A model generated the notes under the pieces. It saw only the letters and a list, made by a program, of their open reading frames with translations. It had not been told where the DNA came from and made no database searches. From positions 1 to 52,141 of the IMG/VR virus record IMGVR_UViG_3300031957_000416: a stretch of 52,141 nt of DNA. The stretch is one strand, 5' to 3'. Source of the stretch: a virus. Its lineage: Duplodnaviria > Caudoviricetes. The position numbers and the translations under genes are program-made. Below, in pieces: positions 1 through 9,991 of this stretch (the stretch's first letter is position 1; each line of letters opens with the position of its first letter).

Positions 1-90
1 GTTACCGTCTTTGATGGTTAGACCATCAATGGTTACACCGTTCGCGGATGTCTGTTCGCTGATCGTGTCTACTTTTATTTCACTTGTCAT
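1..90 (-). CDS. 5' fragment of a tail-fibre-like gene running off the window edge
   Basis: Reverse strand from 90 reads MTSEIKVDTISEQTSANGVTIDGLTIKDGN with no stop. AAGGA lies upstream. It resembles the N-terminus of 419..2185 (MSTEIDGVNGII). Confidence 0.75.
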   Translation of the reverse strand, partial: MTSEIKVDTISEQTSANGVTIDGLTIKDGN

Positions 91-102
91 AATAGTTTAT
101 CC

Positions 103-408
103 TTACTCTACGTCTTTAACATTCGATAATTGGCTATTTGTTTTTAAATCTGCATATGCAAGTTTAACAGGATTGTCTGTTGCATCTAAACTGTAGTCAA
201 TTTTAAAATGATCTACATGGCGATTAGATATACGCATAGTTCCTTCTTTATCTGCATCATCACGAGTTGCTTTATCTTTGTAAATTACAACATCGTAGAC
301 TAGCTTCCAATCATCATCCATTTTTTTGACATATGTAGACATCACTCTAACGTACGCATCTGTTAATGCTATACCATCGTGAGTTGTCATATTTGCTGTT
401 ATTGCCAT
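103..408 (-). CDS. Tail-fibre-associated small protein
   Basis: 101 aa ORF with AGGAG RBS, directly after a fibre-like gene. Confidence 0.65.
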   Translation of the reverse strand: MAITANMTTHDGIALTDAYVRVMSTYVKKMDDDWKLVYDVVIYKDKATRDDADKEGTMRISNRHVDHFKIDYSLDATDNPVKLAYADLKTNSQLSNVKDVE

Positions 409-418
409 TGTGTTCTCC

Positions 419-2185
419 TTAGTTTAATAACTGTATTTCTTCTTCTGTTAATAGTTTATCAGCTTCTTCTTTACCAATAGTTTTTTCTGCTAGTTTATAA
501 AATGCACTAGCAAGTTTTTGATGTTTTTCATACTGTTGCCAAATGGCACCGTTATGTAATCTACTCATTCCTGTCCAGTTTACAAAGCTAGTAGCATTAC
601 CATCTTCATCTTTACCAATAAGTCTAGCTTTAACTAAATCATCTTTATTGTATTGTACAAATTTATCAAATTTAGAATTTATAACACCTTGCATATGAGA
701 TAAATCATAAGCACGAATTAATTGAGCATCTTCGTAAGCATCGTAAGTGCCAACAGTTGCTGATTGATTACTAAATATTTCACCATCACCTTTAAAAATA
801 ACTTGCGCTTGATCAGAGGTTCTAAAAGAAGCAATGTTATCATCAGCACCTGGGCCAGTAACACTTGACCCATCTTTTAATCTAGTATCAACACCCCAAA
901 CAGATGTAGCAGCTAAAGATTCTGCTGTATTTGATCCAGTTGCACAGGCTACATGCCTGAATGCAGTAGCAGTTTCTGATAGCGTTGTTAAATTTAAAGC
1001 ACCACCACCATCGCTATTTTTTAACATTTTAACATAAGTATCTGTTTCAGCTATGGCAGTCATTCCATGTGCAATATCAGAAGATTTTAAACTTAAGATG
1101 TTACTATCACTCGCTCCTTGATTTATGCAAAGTCCACCATCAGAAACATCAGGTGATGATTCCAAAATACCAACTTTACCACCATCTGTAATTCTAATTT
1201 TTTCAGTACCAGCAGTAACTAACGTAAGTGTGTCAGTTGTTGGTCTAGTCATTCCTGTATTAGTATCGCTATGAAACGAATAAGTTGGAGCAGAAACCGC
1301 ACCAGCTGTGGCTGTGATTTGACCTCCAACTGTTAATGTTGAAACAGGAACTGAATAAGCTATTCCTACTCTATCATTACCACCATCAACGAATAGCATA
1401 TGACCAACACCATTAGATTCTACTCGGAAGTCTAGGTCTACTGAATCTTCATTAAAGACAGCTTCTGTTGCATTGATTTTTAATCTGTTTCTTTCAGTAC
1501 CAGCAACAAAAGATTTTAAATCTATAAAAGTATCTTCTGATCCATTTGAAGCATCTTGTATTCCTGCTTCTAAAGTAACAAAAGATGTTACATTTCCACC
1601 ATCATCATCTGCATCAAATCTAATTCTACCAATTACGTCACCATCAGCAGGACTGCCTGAGTTTCTAAATAAATTTAAAACTGGTCCAGCATTAGCATCA
1701 GCATCAGTTGATACTAATGATAGTGTGTCTGTGTTGTCAGCAGTTGTAATTGTAGAAGCTGCCGTTGCAGTGAATGCACCTGTAATGTCAACACCAGTAG
1801 AAGTGGTTTCTAATTTTGTACTATTATTATGTTTTATTAATAAAGAACCACCTAATGTATATCTAAGCCCCTCGTGTCCATCAGCTACTCTTTTTAATGT
1901 AATTTTATCTCCATTAGACCTAATATCAAAATCACCTGTACCATTGTCATCTATGTATGAGTTAGAACCATCGTGATAAATTTGTAAATCTGATCCTGCT
2001 CCAAACAAAGCTTTTGAATTGTCACCTAGTTTTACATCGTGATTAAAAGTAGCTGTGCCAGCATCTGACATGTCAAGTATTAATGCAGATACTTCACTAC
2101 CTCCATCATTACCTTTAATAGTTATATCACCATCACTTGTGGTGTTTTTAATTATACCGTTAACGCCATCTATCTCTGTACTCAT
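419..2185 (-). CDS. Tail fibre / virion structural protein
   Basis: 588 aa, rich in Gly/Thr/Asp beta-strand repeats (DLQIYHDGSNSYI, DFRVESNG, VGI motifs), in the tail module. Confidence 0.75.
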   Translation of the reverse strand: MSTEIDGVNGIIKNTTSDGDITIKGNDGGSEVSALILDMSDAGTATFNHDVKLGDNSKALFGAGSDLQIYHDGSNSYIDDNGTGDFDIRSNGDKITLKRVADGHEGLRYTLGGSLLIKHNNSTKLETTSTGVDITGAFTATAASTITTADNTDTLSLVSTDADANAGPVLNLFRNSGSPADGDVIGRIRFDADDDGGNVTSFVTLEAGIQDASNGSEDTFIDLKSFVAGTERNRLKINATEAVFNEDSVDLDFRVESNGVGHMLFVDGGNDRVGIAYSVPVSTLTVGGQITATAGAVSAPTYSFHSDTNTGMTRPTTDTLTLVTAGTEKIRITDGGKVGILESSPDVSDGGLCINQGASDSNILSLKSSDIAHGMTAIAETDTYVKMLKNSDGGGALNLTTLSETATAFRHVACATGSNTAESLAATSVWGVDTRLKDGSSVTGPGADDNIASFRTSDQAQVIFKGDGEIFSNQSATVGTYDAYEDAQLIRAYDLSHMQGVINSKFDKFVQYNKDDLVKARLIGKDEDGNATSFVNWTGMSRLHNGAIWQQYEKHQKLASAFYKLAEKTIGKEEADKLLTEEEIQLLN

Positions 2186-2364
2186 ATAACCGCCACTACG
2201 CCTGTAATAGTTACTATAGCGTTAAATGTAATTGGTCCTGCAAGCACTGCATGTCCAACCACTTGATTTACGTCTACTATTGCATCATGTTCAGGTATTA
2301 CCTCAGATGCAGGTCCGCCTGAACCTATAAATAGTGGACCCCCTACTTCTTCTTGATATGCCAT
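2182..2364 (-). CDS. Small virion-associated protein
   Basis: 60 aa with AGGAG RBS. AGPIT motif. 4 nt overlap with the downstream gene. Confidence 0.6.
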   Translation of the reverse strand: MAYQEEVGGPLFIGSGGPASEVIPEHDAIVDVNQVVGHAVLAGPITFNAIVTITGVVAVI

Positions 2365-2374
2365 ATTATTCTCC

Positions 2375-2701
2375 TTAAGAACTAATTGTATCTACTCTAC
2401 TTAGCCAACAATCAAATGCATCAGCTGTTCCAGCTTGTGCCTTTAATACATCTCCACTTTGTAATACTACTTTAGAACCACCTTGAACTACTTCAATTGA
2501 TGAACTAGCTGGCACACTTACACCTTTTATTAAGTATCTTGTAGTGGAACCACCTTCAGATACAAATACATCTAATGTGGCTGTGGTTGTTAGAATATTA
2601 GCAAAACGAAGACCTACTACAGCGTCATCACTATCAGCTGTAACTATAGTAGTAGCAGAGTTTGTAATTCTCTGTCCATTTGATTCAAAGTCTTGTGCCA
2701 T
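2375..2701 (-). CDS. Small tail structural protein
   Basis: 108 aa beta-rich ORF (KVVLQSGDVLKA) with AGGAG RBS. Confidence 0.65.
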   Translation of the reverse strand: MAQDFESNGQRITNSATTIVTADSDDAVVGLRFANILTTTATLDVFVSEGGSTTRYLIKGVSVPASSSIEVVQGGSKVVLQSGDVLKAQAGTADAFDCWLSRVDTISS

Positions 2702-2750
2702 GTTTTCTCCTTATTAATTAAAAAATGTAAATAAAACAGTCCTTTATTAT

Positions 2751-2778
2751 ATTATACATTCCCCTGTGTGTTTGTCAA
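2751..2778 (-). promoter_or_regulatory. sigma70-like promoter for the distal tail genes
   Basis: Minus strand reads TTGACA-16 nt-TATAAT in the intergenic gap. Confidence 0.7.
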
Positions 2779-2790
2779 TCTTTTTTTATA

Positions 2791-4782
2791 CTATAATGCG
2801 ATCGCCATCGCTACTGCAAAGCCTGGTGAAGCATATAAAGTATCTGTAGATGTACCATTAATAGTTACAGCGTCAGCTTCAAGAGTACCATCTATATCTG
2901 CATCTCCAGATATATCTAAACTAGATGCCTCAATCTCACCACTTGCTTTAAATATTACATTATCTCCACCAGATACTTCAAAGATAATTTGATTGTCTGT
3001 ACCAAATTTAATTCTATTATCTGCATCTCTACCTATCTCTAAACTTGTATTAACTACTGAAGTAATGCCTGTCTGTGCTGCATCTACTGCTAATGTAACC
3101 GTATTTGAAGAAGCACTAGAAGCAAGTCCTGTACCACCAGCAACAGTTAATGTTTCACTATCAAGATCAATTGCAATAGTACCACTATCAGTTGTTATAT
3201 CTAAATCTTCTGCAGTAATTTGAGTATCTACATATGCTTTTACAGATTGCTGTGTTGGGACTAATGTAGCAGAGTTACTGCTCATATCATCTTCATCAAC
3301 AAATGCTGTAATAGTTATAGAGCCATCTGATAAACTACCATAAGTAACTGTGCCTGTAGTTGTTATTGCAGATGATCCATTATCTATAGATCCAAATCCT
3401 GAAGTAATTGATCCACTATTTAGTGCACCTACTGTTGTTGCTGCAGTAGTAACAAGATTAGGCATTGCTGTAATTTCATCATCAAAGTATGCAGCTAAAT
3501 CTGTAACTGCAACTTGAACCATAGTGCCGTTATCATTTAAGACAACTCTATCAGCATCTGCAACAGTAGTAGAAGTAGCTGATGTGCCACCATCTACAAT
3601 ATTTAACTCAGCAGCTGTAGCATCAACTGCAGCTAGTTTTGTAAAGTCTGCTTGTACTAAACCAGATACACCATCAAGTAAGTTAAGTTCTGTAGCTGTT
3701 GAAGTTACTGTTGTGCCATTAATAGATAAAGCATCTGTCTCTAAAGTACCGTCAATATCTGCATTACCTGATACATCTAATGATCCTGCATCTAACTCTC
3801 CAGTTAATGTTATGTTTCTAAATGATCCAATATCTTTATTAGAATCTACAACAACTGCTTTAGATGCTGCTACAGTTCCTGCAGTTACACCATCAATAGT
3901 TTCTAATTCTGCTTCATTAATATTTGCAGAACCAATAACAAAGCTAGTACCAGTAATTGCTGTACCTGTTATGGCACCTGCACTAGACCCACCAATAGTT
4001 ACACCATCAAGTGTACCCCCATTAATATCTGCAGTATCTGCAACTAGAGCATCAGTTGTTACTGTACCATCAAAGAATGCATCTTTAAATTCTACAGAAC
4101 TTGTACCTAAATCAATATCGTTATCTGTTGATGGAACAATTGCACCATTAGTAAATGTTACTTGATTAGCACCACCAGCTGCTACTGTAATAACATCAGA
4201 GCCACTAAATGTAATACTTGTGTCTGTATCTGCGTCTCCACTAATTGAATCTAATTGTATATTACCAGCATTGGTAAAGTTAGAATCACTTAGATCAAAT
4301 GTTCCTGTAACGTCTAGATTACCGCCAACTGATAGATTGCCTGATACATCTACTGCACCATTAATATCTACTGTAGTAGCTGCTATCTGTATTTCTGTAT
4401 CTGCTACTAGGTCTAGCTGACCATCTGCAGATGAGTGAATATATATTGCTGTGTCTCTAAATTGTACTTTCTCTGTGCTAGCTATTAACAGATCATCAGA
4501 AAACTCAAAGTAATCTTCATCTTCTTTCCATGTTAATACACCATCATTACTATTTGCATTAAATGTAATTGCTATGTCTGTATCTGCATTAGTACCAAAT
4601 GTTAGTGTATTACTAAATAATTTAGATATAGGCCCACCATCTCCAGCAGTACTGCCATCGTGTGTGTGACCTGTTGATACATTAAACGCTGCTAGTATCG
4701 CATTAAACTCATCATTAGTATGAGCTGCGGTAATAGTATCGCCATCACTGTATGAGCTTTGTCTAGCTGAATATACTGCCAT
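2791..4782 (-). CDS. Tail fibre / spike-like protein
   Basis: 663 aa with an N-terminal EFNAILAAF...GHTHDG anchor motif, internal repeats (SLDVSGNADIDGTLE / SLDISGDADIDGTLE) and a C-terminal GFAVAMAIAL. Confidence 0.75.
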   Translation of the reverse strand: MAVYSARQSSYSDGDTITAAHTNDEFNAILAAFNVSTGHTHDGSTAGDGGPISKLFSNTLTFGTNADTDIAITFNANSNDGVLTWKEDEDYFEFSDDLLIASTEKVQFRDTAIYIHSSADGQLDLVADTEIQIAATTVDINGAVDVSGNLSVGGNLDVTGTFDLSDSNFTNAGNIQLDSISGDADTDTSITFSGSDVITVAAGGANQVTFTNGAIVPSTDNDIDLGTSSVEFKDAFFDGTVTTDALVADTADINGGTLDGVTIGGSSAGAITGTAITGTSFVIGSANINEAELETIDGVTAGTVAASKAVVVDSNKDIGSFRNITLTGELDAGSLDVSGNADIDGTLETDALSINGTTVTSTATELNLLDGVSGLVQADFTKLAAVDATAAELNIVDGGTSATSTTVADADRVVLNDNGTMVQVAVTDLAAYFDDEITAMPNLVTTAATTVGALNSGSITSGFGSIDNGSSAITTTGTVTYGSLSDGSITITAFVDEDDMSSNSATLVPTQQSVKAYVDTQITAEDLDITTDSGTIAIDLDSETLTVAGGTGLASSASSNTVTLAVDAAQTGITSVVNTSLEIGRDADNRIKFGTDNQIIFEVSGGDNVIFKASGEIEASSLDISGDADIDGTLEADAVTINGTSTDTLYASPGFAVAMAIAL

Positions 4783-6329
4783 TATCTTCTTCCTCCTGGG
4801 ACAAATTCTAATTCAAAACCTTTTAAACTTATTGGGGGGTTTGTGCTATCGTCTGTAACTTTTAAAGCAACTGTAAACCCTGAACCCACAACGTGTTGCC
4901 TTACTAGTGGTATACCTGACTGTCCATAAACAGATGTATTATAAACTCCAGTTCCATATAATGCAGGTACGTTACCTGTTGTTATTGGGACTGATGCAGG
5001 TTGTGGTGTAGTGCTTGCATCAAAATCATATCTAACTTGTAAGTTAGCATCCACTGCACCTTCGTTAGTATAGTTAACGATAACTCTTTGCATATTTTTT
5101 CTTATGCCTGGATCTCCCATTGTTAAATCAGGAGATCTATATCTTCCTGGTATAGACGCTGTTGTAGCAGATCTGGTAAATTCATTTCCAGATTCTTGTT
5201 GGTATACATAACCATCATACCCACCACTAACAACAGTTTCTGTATTACTTATAAAATCAGAATCAGTAGACGATACTTTTAACCCATTTATATCTGCATA
5301 CTCATAACCAAGCTGCCCTGTATTTGGATTAGTTTTAATTACTCCTATAATACCTTTTGATCCTGATTCTGCACCAGTTGTTACTGGATAAAATAATCTA
5401 TATTGTGATTTATTTCTAATAACTAAAGATGTAATATTATCTAAAGTTATATCATCAATACGTTGTTGTATTTGTTTAGATATAGTTCCTAATTCTACGT
5501 CACCAATTCTTTCTGTACCAGCAATAGTTCTTAAACCATCTGGTGCTAAATATATAATATCACCACCAAGCTCTTGTATAGACCCACCATCAACACATCC
5601 TATTTTTCTTGTAACAGGTGCTATTGCAAAATCACTTAATGATGTTCCTACTAATTTAAATATTTTATCTTGTCCAAATATAAACAGTGCATCTCTAAAT
5701 ACTTTTATGCCTTTTATTTCTGTATCTACTTTAATAACACCGCCACCATTACCTGAAGTAAAATCATTGGTTTGAAACGGACCCATAAAACTAAGCTGTT
5801 GTTTATTACTAGAATCTCCTGCAAAAAATATATGATTCTTAAATATTTCAACAAATTTAAAATTAGCTGTACCACTAGCATTAACAACTGATGCAGAAAA
5901 TGCAGAGGTTAGTAACTGTGGGTTTGATGTTCCTGTACATATAACTATTCTATCAGTACCATCAAAATTAAATTTTCTAAATGTATAGTTATCTGTTGGT
6001 GTACCTAAACCTGTTATAGTAGAAGTCCAACTTCCTGATCCAGTAGCTGCTCTGTGTATACTACCACCTCTACCTGCTAATACAGAACTACCAAATATAG
6101 CTGACATTACAACTCTTTCAGTTGATGCAGATACTTGCGGTACAATATTAGAATTCCACTTAGTTGTTCCTAATATTTTTTTATAGCCACCTTTAACGTC
6201 TGGCTCAAAGTTTTGTAATACTTTTGTTTCTCCAGGCTGATATGAAAATGAGTCTTTGTTTAAAACTAACCCTCCTCCACAGCCAAATACAAAAGGCGAT
6301 ATCTGTGAGGTATCAGCCACTAATAGCAC
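4782..6329 (-). CDS. Tail tubular / nozzle protein (beta-propeller, P22 gp10 / T7 gp12-like position)
   Basis: 515 aa with propeller-like motifs (FKNHIFFAG, IGCVDGGSIQELGGDIIYLAPDGLR). Follows an adaptor-like gene. True start is probably slightly downstream. Confidence 0.7.
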   Translation of the reverse strand: MLLVADTSQISPFVFGCGGGLVLNKDSFSYQPGETKVLQNFEPDVKGGYKKILGTTKWNSNIVPQVSASTERVVMSAIFGSSVLAGRGGSIHRAATGSGSWTSTITGLGTPTDNYTFRKFNFDGTDRIVICTGTSNPQLLTSAFSASVVNASGTANFKFVEIFKNHIFFAGDSSNKQQLSFMGPFQTNDFTSGNGGGVIKVDTEIKGIKVFRDALFIFGQDKIFKLVGTSLSDFAIAPVTRKIGCVDGGSIQELGGDIIYLAPDGLRTIAGTERIGDVELGTISKQIQQRIDDITLDNITSLVIRNKSQYRLFYPVTTGAESGSKGIIGVIKTNPNTGQLGYEYADINGLKVSSTDSDFISNTETVVSGGYDGYVYQQESGNEFTRSATTASIPGRYRSPDLTMGDPGIRKNMQRVIVNYTNEGAVDANLQVRYDFDASTTPQPASVPITTGNVPALYGTGVYNTSVYGQSGIPLVRQHVVGSGFTVALKVTDDSTNPPISLKGFELEFVPGGRR

Positions 6330-7404
6330 CTCTTCTATTATATCCTAGATTAACTCTAGTATCTAACATTTCAGTAGGTGTATTAATTAATTCTATTCTC
6401 ATTCTTTTAACACCTTCTCTATAATCCCTATCAGCAAACTGTGTAAACTGTGGATCAGATCTAAGATTATAAATATAATATTTTGCTCTTGCTACAACTA
6501 CATCATGAAATCTTGCAGGTATGTCTGGTGTATCTGTAGCACCAGATAAATCAGAATGAGTTTTCCAATATTCATAATTTATAGTATAGCCATCTGAATC
6601 AGGAACTCTATATAAACCAAACTTATCATCCTGTGTTCTAAATACATAATCAGGCGTTCCATAATGATCACTATTATTAGTTTGTGCAGTAGTTAAAAAT
6701 CTTCTTCTGTAATCATCATATGTTATATATATTAATTTTTTAGGTGGTAAATCTTCAGATACTTTTGCAAAATCTACATCTAAATTATTTGAGTCATCAT
6801 TATCTAATGTAATATGAGATGTAGAAGCTGTTGCTGTAAATGTAGTATCTAATATTTTACCATCTCCAAAATCTGATACAGTAACTGTAGTATTTAAATT
6901 TTGTGTTCCAGCAGCTGATGTTCCTACTTGTACTTTTAAACTAGAGCCACTAGATGATGTATCCATTACTCTAACTTGTACTCTATAAGATCTATTTTTT
7001 ACGGTAGATAAACTAGCAGAAGCTGCTGCTGCATTTAATCTTAATCTACCATTACCTCCAGAATTATACGCTGGTGATCCCGATACTGTTGACCAATTAG
7101 TTATGTTACTATCAAATGTAGAATTAGTAACTAATTCTGTTGGTACTAAATAAAAAGATTCAAAATCAACTGACCTGTAATCAGTAGGTAAATCGTATTC
7201 TTTTTGTCCAGCAAATGTTCCTTGAGTTTTATCACTATGTAACCAAGGCCACTCTAACTCTGATGAATATACATCTCGTAATGCTTTATTAACTACATCT
7301 TTAGTAGTTGTTTGAATACCACTACTATTAGTAAATGTCGATGAAGTAAGTTGAACTTCATTAAGTTCTGCTAATACTGCATTTGTGAGTTGTAGGTAAT
7401 TCAT
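6313..7404 (-). CDS. Head-tail adaptor / tail tubular protein A-like, with an inserted beta domain
   Basis: Starts MNYLQLTNAVLAELNE, with C-terminal PDIPARFHDVVV. A central insert (ELVTNSTFDSNITNW) resembles a carbohydrate-binding jelly-roll. Confidence 0.7.
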   Translation of the reverse strand: MNYLQLTNAVLAELNEVQLTSSTFTNSSGIQTTTKDVVNKALRDVYSSELEWPWLHSDKTQGTFAGQKEYDLPTDYRSVDFESFYLVPTELVTNSTFDSNITNWSTVSGSPAYNSGGNGRLRLNAAAASASLSTVKNRSYRVQVRVMDTSSSGSSLKVQVGTSAAGTQNLNTTVTVSDFGDGKILDTTFTATASTSHITLDNDDSNNLDVDFAKVSEDLPPKKLIYITYDDYRRRFLTTAQTNNSDHYGTPDYVFRTQDDKFGLYRVPDSDGYTINYEYWKTHSDLSGATDTPDIPARFHDVVVARAKYYIYNLRSDPQFTQFADRDYREGVKRMRIELINTPTEMLDTRVNLGYNRRGAISG

Positions 7405-7405
7405 A

Positions 7406-7570
7406 CTAATCCTTTAATAGTTCTAATATCTTATCTAATTTTTTATCTTGTTCTAATACTTTTTTTTCTAATTCTTTTAAAGACTCTAAACTTGCTGCTT
7501 GTCCGCCAAGATTTCTTCTTGTTTGTCCTGTTGATGCGTTTGTTTTTTTTCTTAAATCAATAATTCCCAT
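7406..7570 (-). CDS. Small coiled-coil protein (54 aa, not on ORF track)
   Basis: MGIIDLRKK...DKKLDKILELLKD. Fills the gap after the terminator. Confidence 0.6.
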   Translation of the reverse strand: MGIIDLRKKTNASTGQTRRNLGGQAASLESLKELEKKVLEQDKKLDKILELLKD

Positions 7571-7584
7571 ATATTTTTCCATTT

Positions 7585-7610
7585 AAAAGAAGGGGGCAAA
7601 TGCCCCCCTC
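7585..7610 (-). terminator. Intrinsic terminator after the capsid genes
   Basis: Minus strand GGGGGCA-TT-TGCCCCC stem followed by TTCTTTT. Confidence 0.75.
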
Positions 7611-7620
7611 TAGTTAGTTA

Positions 7621-8097
7621 TTACACTGCTGTGTCATGTTGTGTAGATGTATTTCTATCATCTTCATCAACACCAGATACGTCACAAAGTAAAGCAAAAA
7701 CACGGATCTTACCCGCACTTGAAGCTGCACTTAATACTAATACGTCAAGAGTATCTGCACTTGCAACTATAGTTCTAGCTGTAGCTGTCGGTGCAGAGAA
7801 ACCTGTAGCGTTAGTATCTCCGTCAACATATCTATCAACGTCTCCACCTGTGATACCTAAATCAAGTGTAACTGAGCTTGATAGTGCAGTAAGCACTTCA
7901 ATACCAGCTTCCAAGACTAGAGTTTCAGCAGGAATATCTAGTACTCTTAGAACATCATTTTGTGCTGCTCCAGAGTCACCATTTATTGCTGAGACATCGA
8001 TTGTATTTTCCACCAAATAAGGAGTCCTAATTCCAGCACTCAATTTTGATGGGTGCCCAGCTGTTCCGCCAGGACCTGTCACATTATATGTAGCCAT
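7621..8097 (-). CDS. Capsid-associated / decoration-like protein
   Basis: 158 aa directly after the major capsid gene, strong RBS, beta-rich. Confidence 0.65.
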   Translation of the reverse strand: MATYNVTGPGGTAGHPSKLSAGIRTPYLVENTIDVSAINGDSGAAQNDVLRVLDIPAETLVLEAGIEVLTALSSSVTLDLGITGGDVDRYVDGDTNATGFSAPTATARTIVASADTLDVLVLSAASSAGKIRVFALLCDVSGVDEDDRNTSTQHDTAV

Positions 8098-8108
8098 AAT
8101 TATTCTCC

Positions 8109-9026
8109 TTAGTCAATTAAAATGTGTTCTGCGATCAAAGCGTCTGATCTTAGAACTTTTCTGCCAAAGACATGTAAGCCTCTAACAACATCAGCAAATG
8201 ATTCTGTGTCTCTTACAACTTCCATTTTTGCAATATGGTTAGCAGTTGCAGTAGAAGACATGTGTCCAGAAAGCACTTTGAAGTAGTTAGATGTGCTTGA
8301 TGCAGCAAAGTTATTAGTTTGATACATAGTGAAGTTATGGATTTTTCCATTGTACACTTGACCATTTCTTAGTGGTCCAGCGGCTCCAGTAGTATCAGCC
8401 ATTAATTTACTGTTGGCTTTACCTAGTTCTTCATAGAAGTCAGGGCTTGCTAGAAACCATCTTCCTTCCATTGGAACATCAGCAGAGTCCAATCTTTTAG
8501 CGTGATTTGCGATTACGTTAATTGGGTCAATTTCAGGTGAACCAGCTAGAGACGTACCTTCTGCGTACGTTCCAACATCTTGTCCAGATCCATCTGATCC
8601 AACTGTAGTTCCTGCACCACTAAACATCGCAGCAATGATATTCTGATCATATGCATTTTTTAGAGCGTATGCACCAGATGATGATGCAACAGACTCAAAA
8701 TTCACATGAGAATGTCTTTCTTCGATATCATCCACTTTAAATGCAAAAGCATTTGCTTGGTCAACAACCAAAGTAATTTGATCGTCTGCAAGTTCTTGTG
8801 TATTGATAACGGAGCCACGAGTGTAACTAGCTACAGTAACCACGGGTTCTTTGATAATTCTTACCGTGTCACCAAAATTTTCAATTTCTCCAGCATAGTC
8901 GGTGTTTGTAATATCTTCAACAACCGAAGCCGTACGGAAAAACTTTTGAACCTTCTGGCTATATATTTCAGGTATGAAGTTATCATTAGGCAGGTTAGCG
9001 TAACCTGCTGCTCTTGATACTGCCAT
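8109..9026 (-). CDS. Major capsid protein
   Basis: NFIPEIYSQKV, DYAGEIENFGDTVRI and FADVVRGLHVFGRKVLR motifs. Lies after the scaffold gene. Confidence 0.92.
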   Translation of the reverse strand: MAVSRAAGYANLPNDNFIPEIYSQKVQKFFRTASVVEDITNTDYAGEIENFGDTVRIIKEPVVTVASYTRGSVINTQELADDQITLVVDQANAFAFKVDDIEERHSHVNFESVASSSGAYALKNAYDQNIIAAMFSGAGTTVGSDGSGQDVGTYAEGTSLAGSPEIDPINVIANHAKRLDSADVPMEGRWFLASPDFYEELGKANSKLMADTTGAAGPLRNGQVYNGKIHNFTMYQTNNFAASSTSNYFKVLSGHMSSTATANHIAKMEVVRDTESFADVVRGLHVFGRKVLRSDALIAEHILID

Positions 9027-9051
9027 AATTATTCTCCTTTATAGCGTTAAG

Positions 9052-9939
9052 TTAAAGTTGATTTTTTATACGACCTTCTCTTCTTGCTTGCATAATTTCT
9101 TTTTCATACTTATCAAACTCCGCAGGTTTTAACCTTGAAATTTCACTAGTAGTCCAAATTTTCTTTTCAGCTACGTTTATTTGATTTCCCTTTTTAGTAG
9201 CAGTTACTGCTTTAGCGGCATCTTTCTTTTTAGATTCAGATTTAGATTTTGTTTTAGCAATACCTGCATCCATCTTATAAAGATCAATAGCCCTTGCAGC
9301 TAAGTCTGCATTATCTGGGTTATCATATAACCATCCTTGAATTGTTGCGTCTTGTTTCGATGCCCAGTCATGAAAATTATCTGTGGCACGAATTTCTGCA
9401 AAATCAGGATGTCGTTTTAAAAGTTCAACTTCTGCTTTTTCTTTAGCAATTTGTACTTGCTGTCCTTGCAAAAATTGAAATTTCTCTTCAAGTTTTTTAG
9501 CACGTTCATCCGCTTGGTTCAAAGCAACTGATTGTATAACATCGTATACTTCAGGATACTTTTGTCTCCACTCTTCAAGTTCATTAGGATCTTTAGGTGG
9601 AAGCATTTTATTAGTACTCTGCTCTATCTGAGTTTTTAACTTTGTAACTTCGTTCTTATGACTGCTTAAAGTTTTGTCGTAATGGCGTTTAAGATCATCA
9701 TAACGTTTCTTAAAAGCCTTTTCCTCGGCTGTTACAGGGCGTTCTTCAGGAGTAGCCTCTTCTTGGGTGTCCTGTTGTTCGGTAGCTGTACCAGTATCCT
9801 TATCATCGAGATCTCTTCTGTACTTATTTTGATAAGGTGTAGGCTCAAGTATTTCCTCTACTTGATCCTGTTCAACTTCAGTTTCTTCTATTTGTTCTTC
9901 TATAGATTCTTCTAAAGCCTCTTGTGTTTCTTCAACCAT
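9052..9939 (-). CDS. Capsid scaffolding protein
   Basis: Acidic N-terminus, FKKRYDDLKRH coiled coil, HPDF motif and C-terminal IMQARREGRI. Directly precedes the capsid gene. Confidence 0.82.
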   Translation of the reverse strand: MVEETQEALEESIEEQIEETEVEQDQVEEILEPTPYQNKYRRDLDDKDTGTATEQQDTQEEATPEERPVTAEEKAFKKRYDDLKRHYDKTLSSHKNEVTKLKTQIEQSTNKMLPPKDPNELEEWRQKYPEVYDVIQSVALNQADERAKKLEEKFQFLQGQQVQIAKEKAEVELLKRHPDFAEIRATDNFHDWASKQDATIQGWLYDNPDNADLAARAIDLYKMDAGIAKTKSKSESKKKDAAKAVTATKKGNQINVAEKKIWTTSEISRLKPAEFDKYEKEIMQARREGRIKNQL

Positions 9940-9991
9940 ATTGTCCTCCTAGTTGAGTTGGGTGCCTTATGGGAAGGGTAGCCCTCGTGTG

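Noticed and set aside
834-4420. Plus-strand ORFs up to 213 aa opposite the tail genes
   Set aside because: They are antisense shadows of Gly/Thr/Asp-rich genes, with Ser/Pro/Val-rich translations and no RBS.
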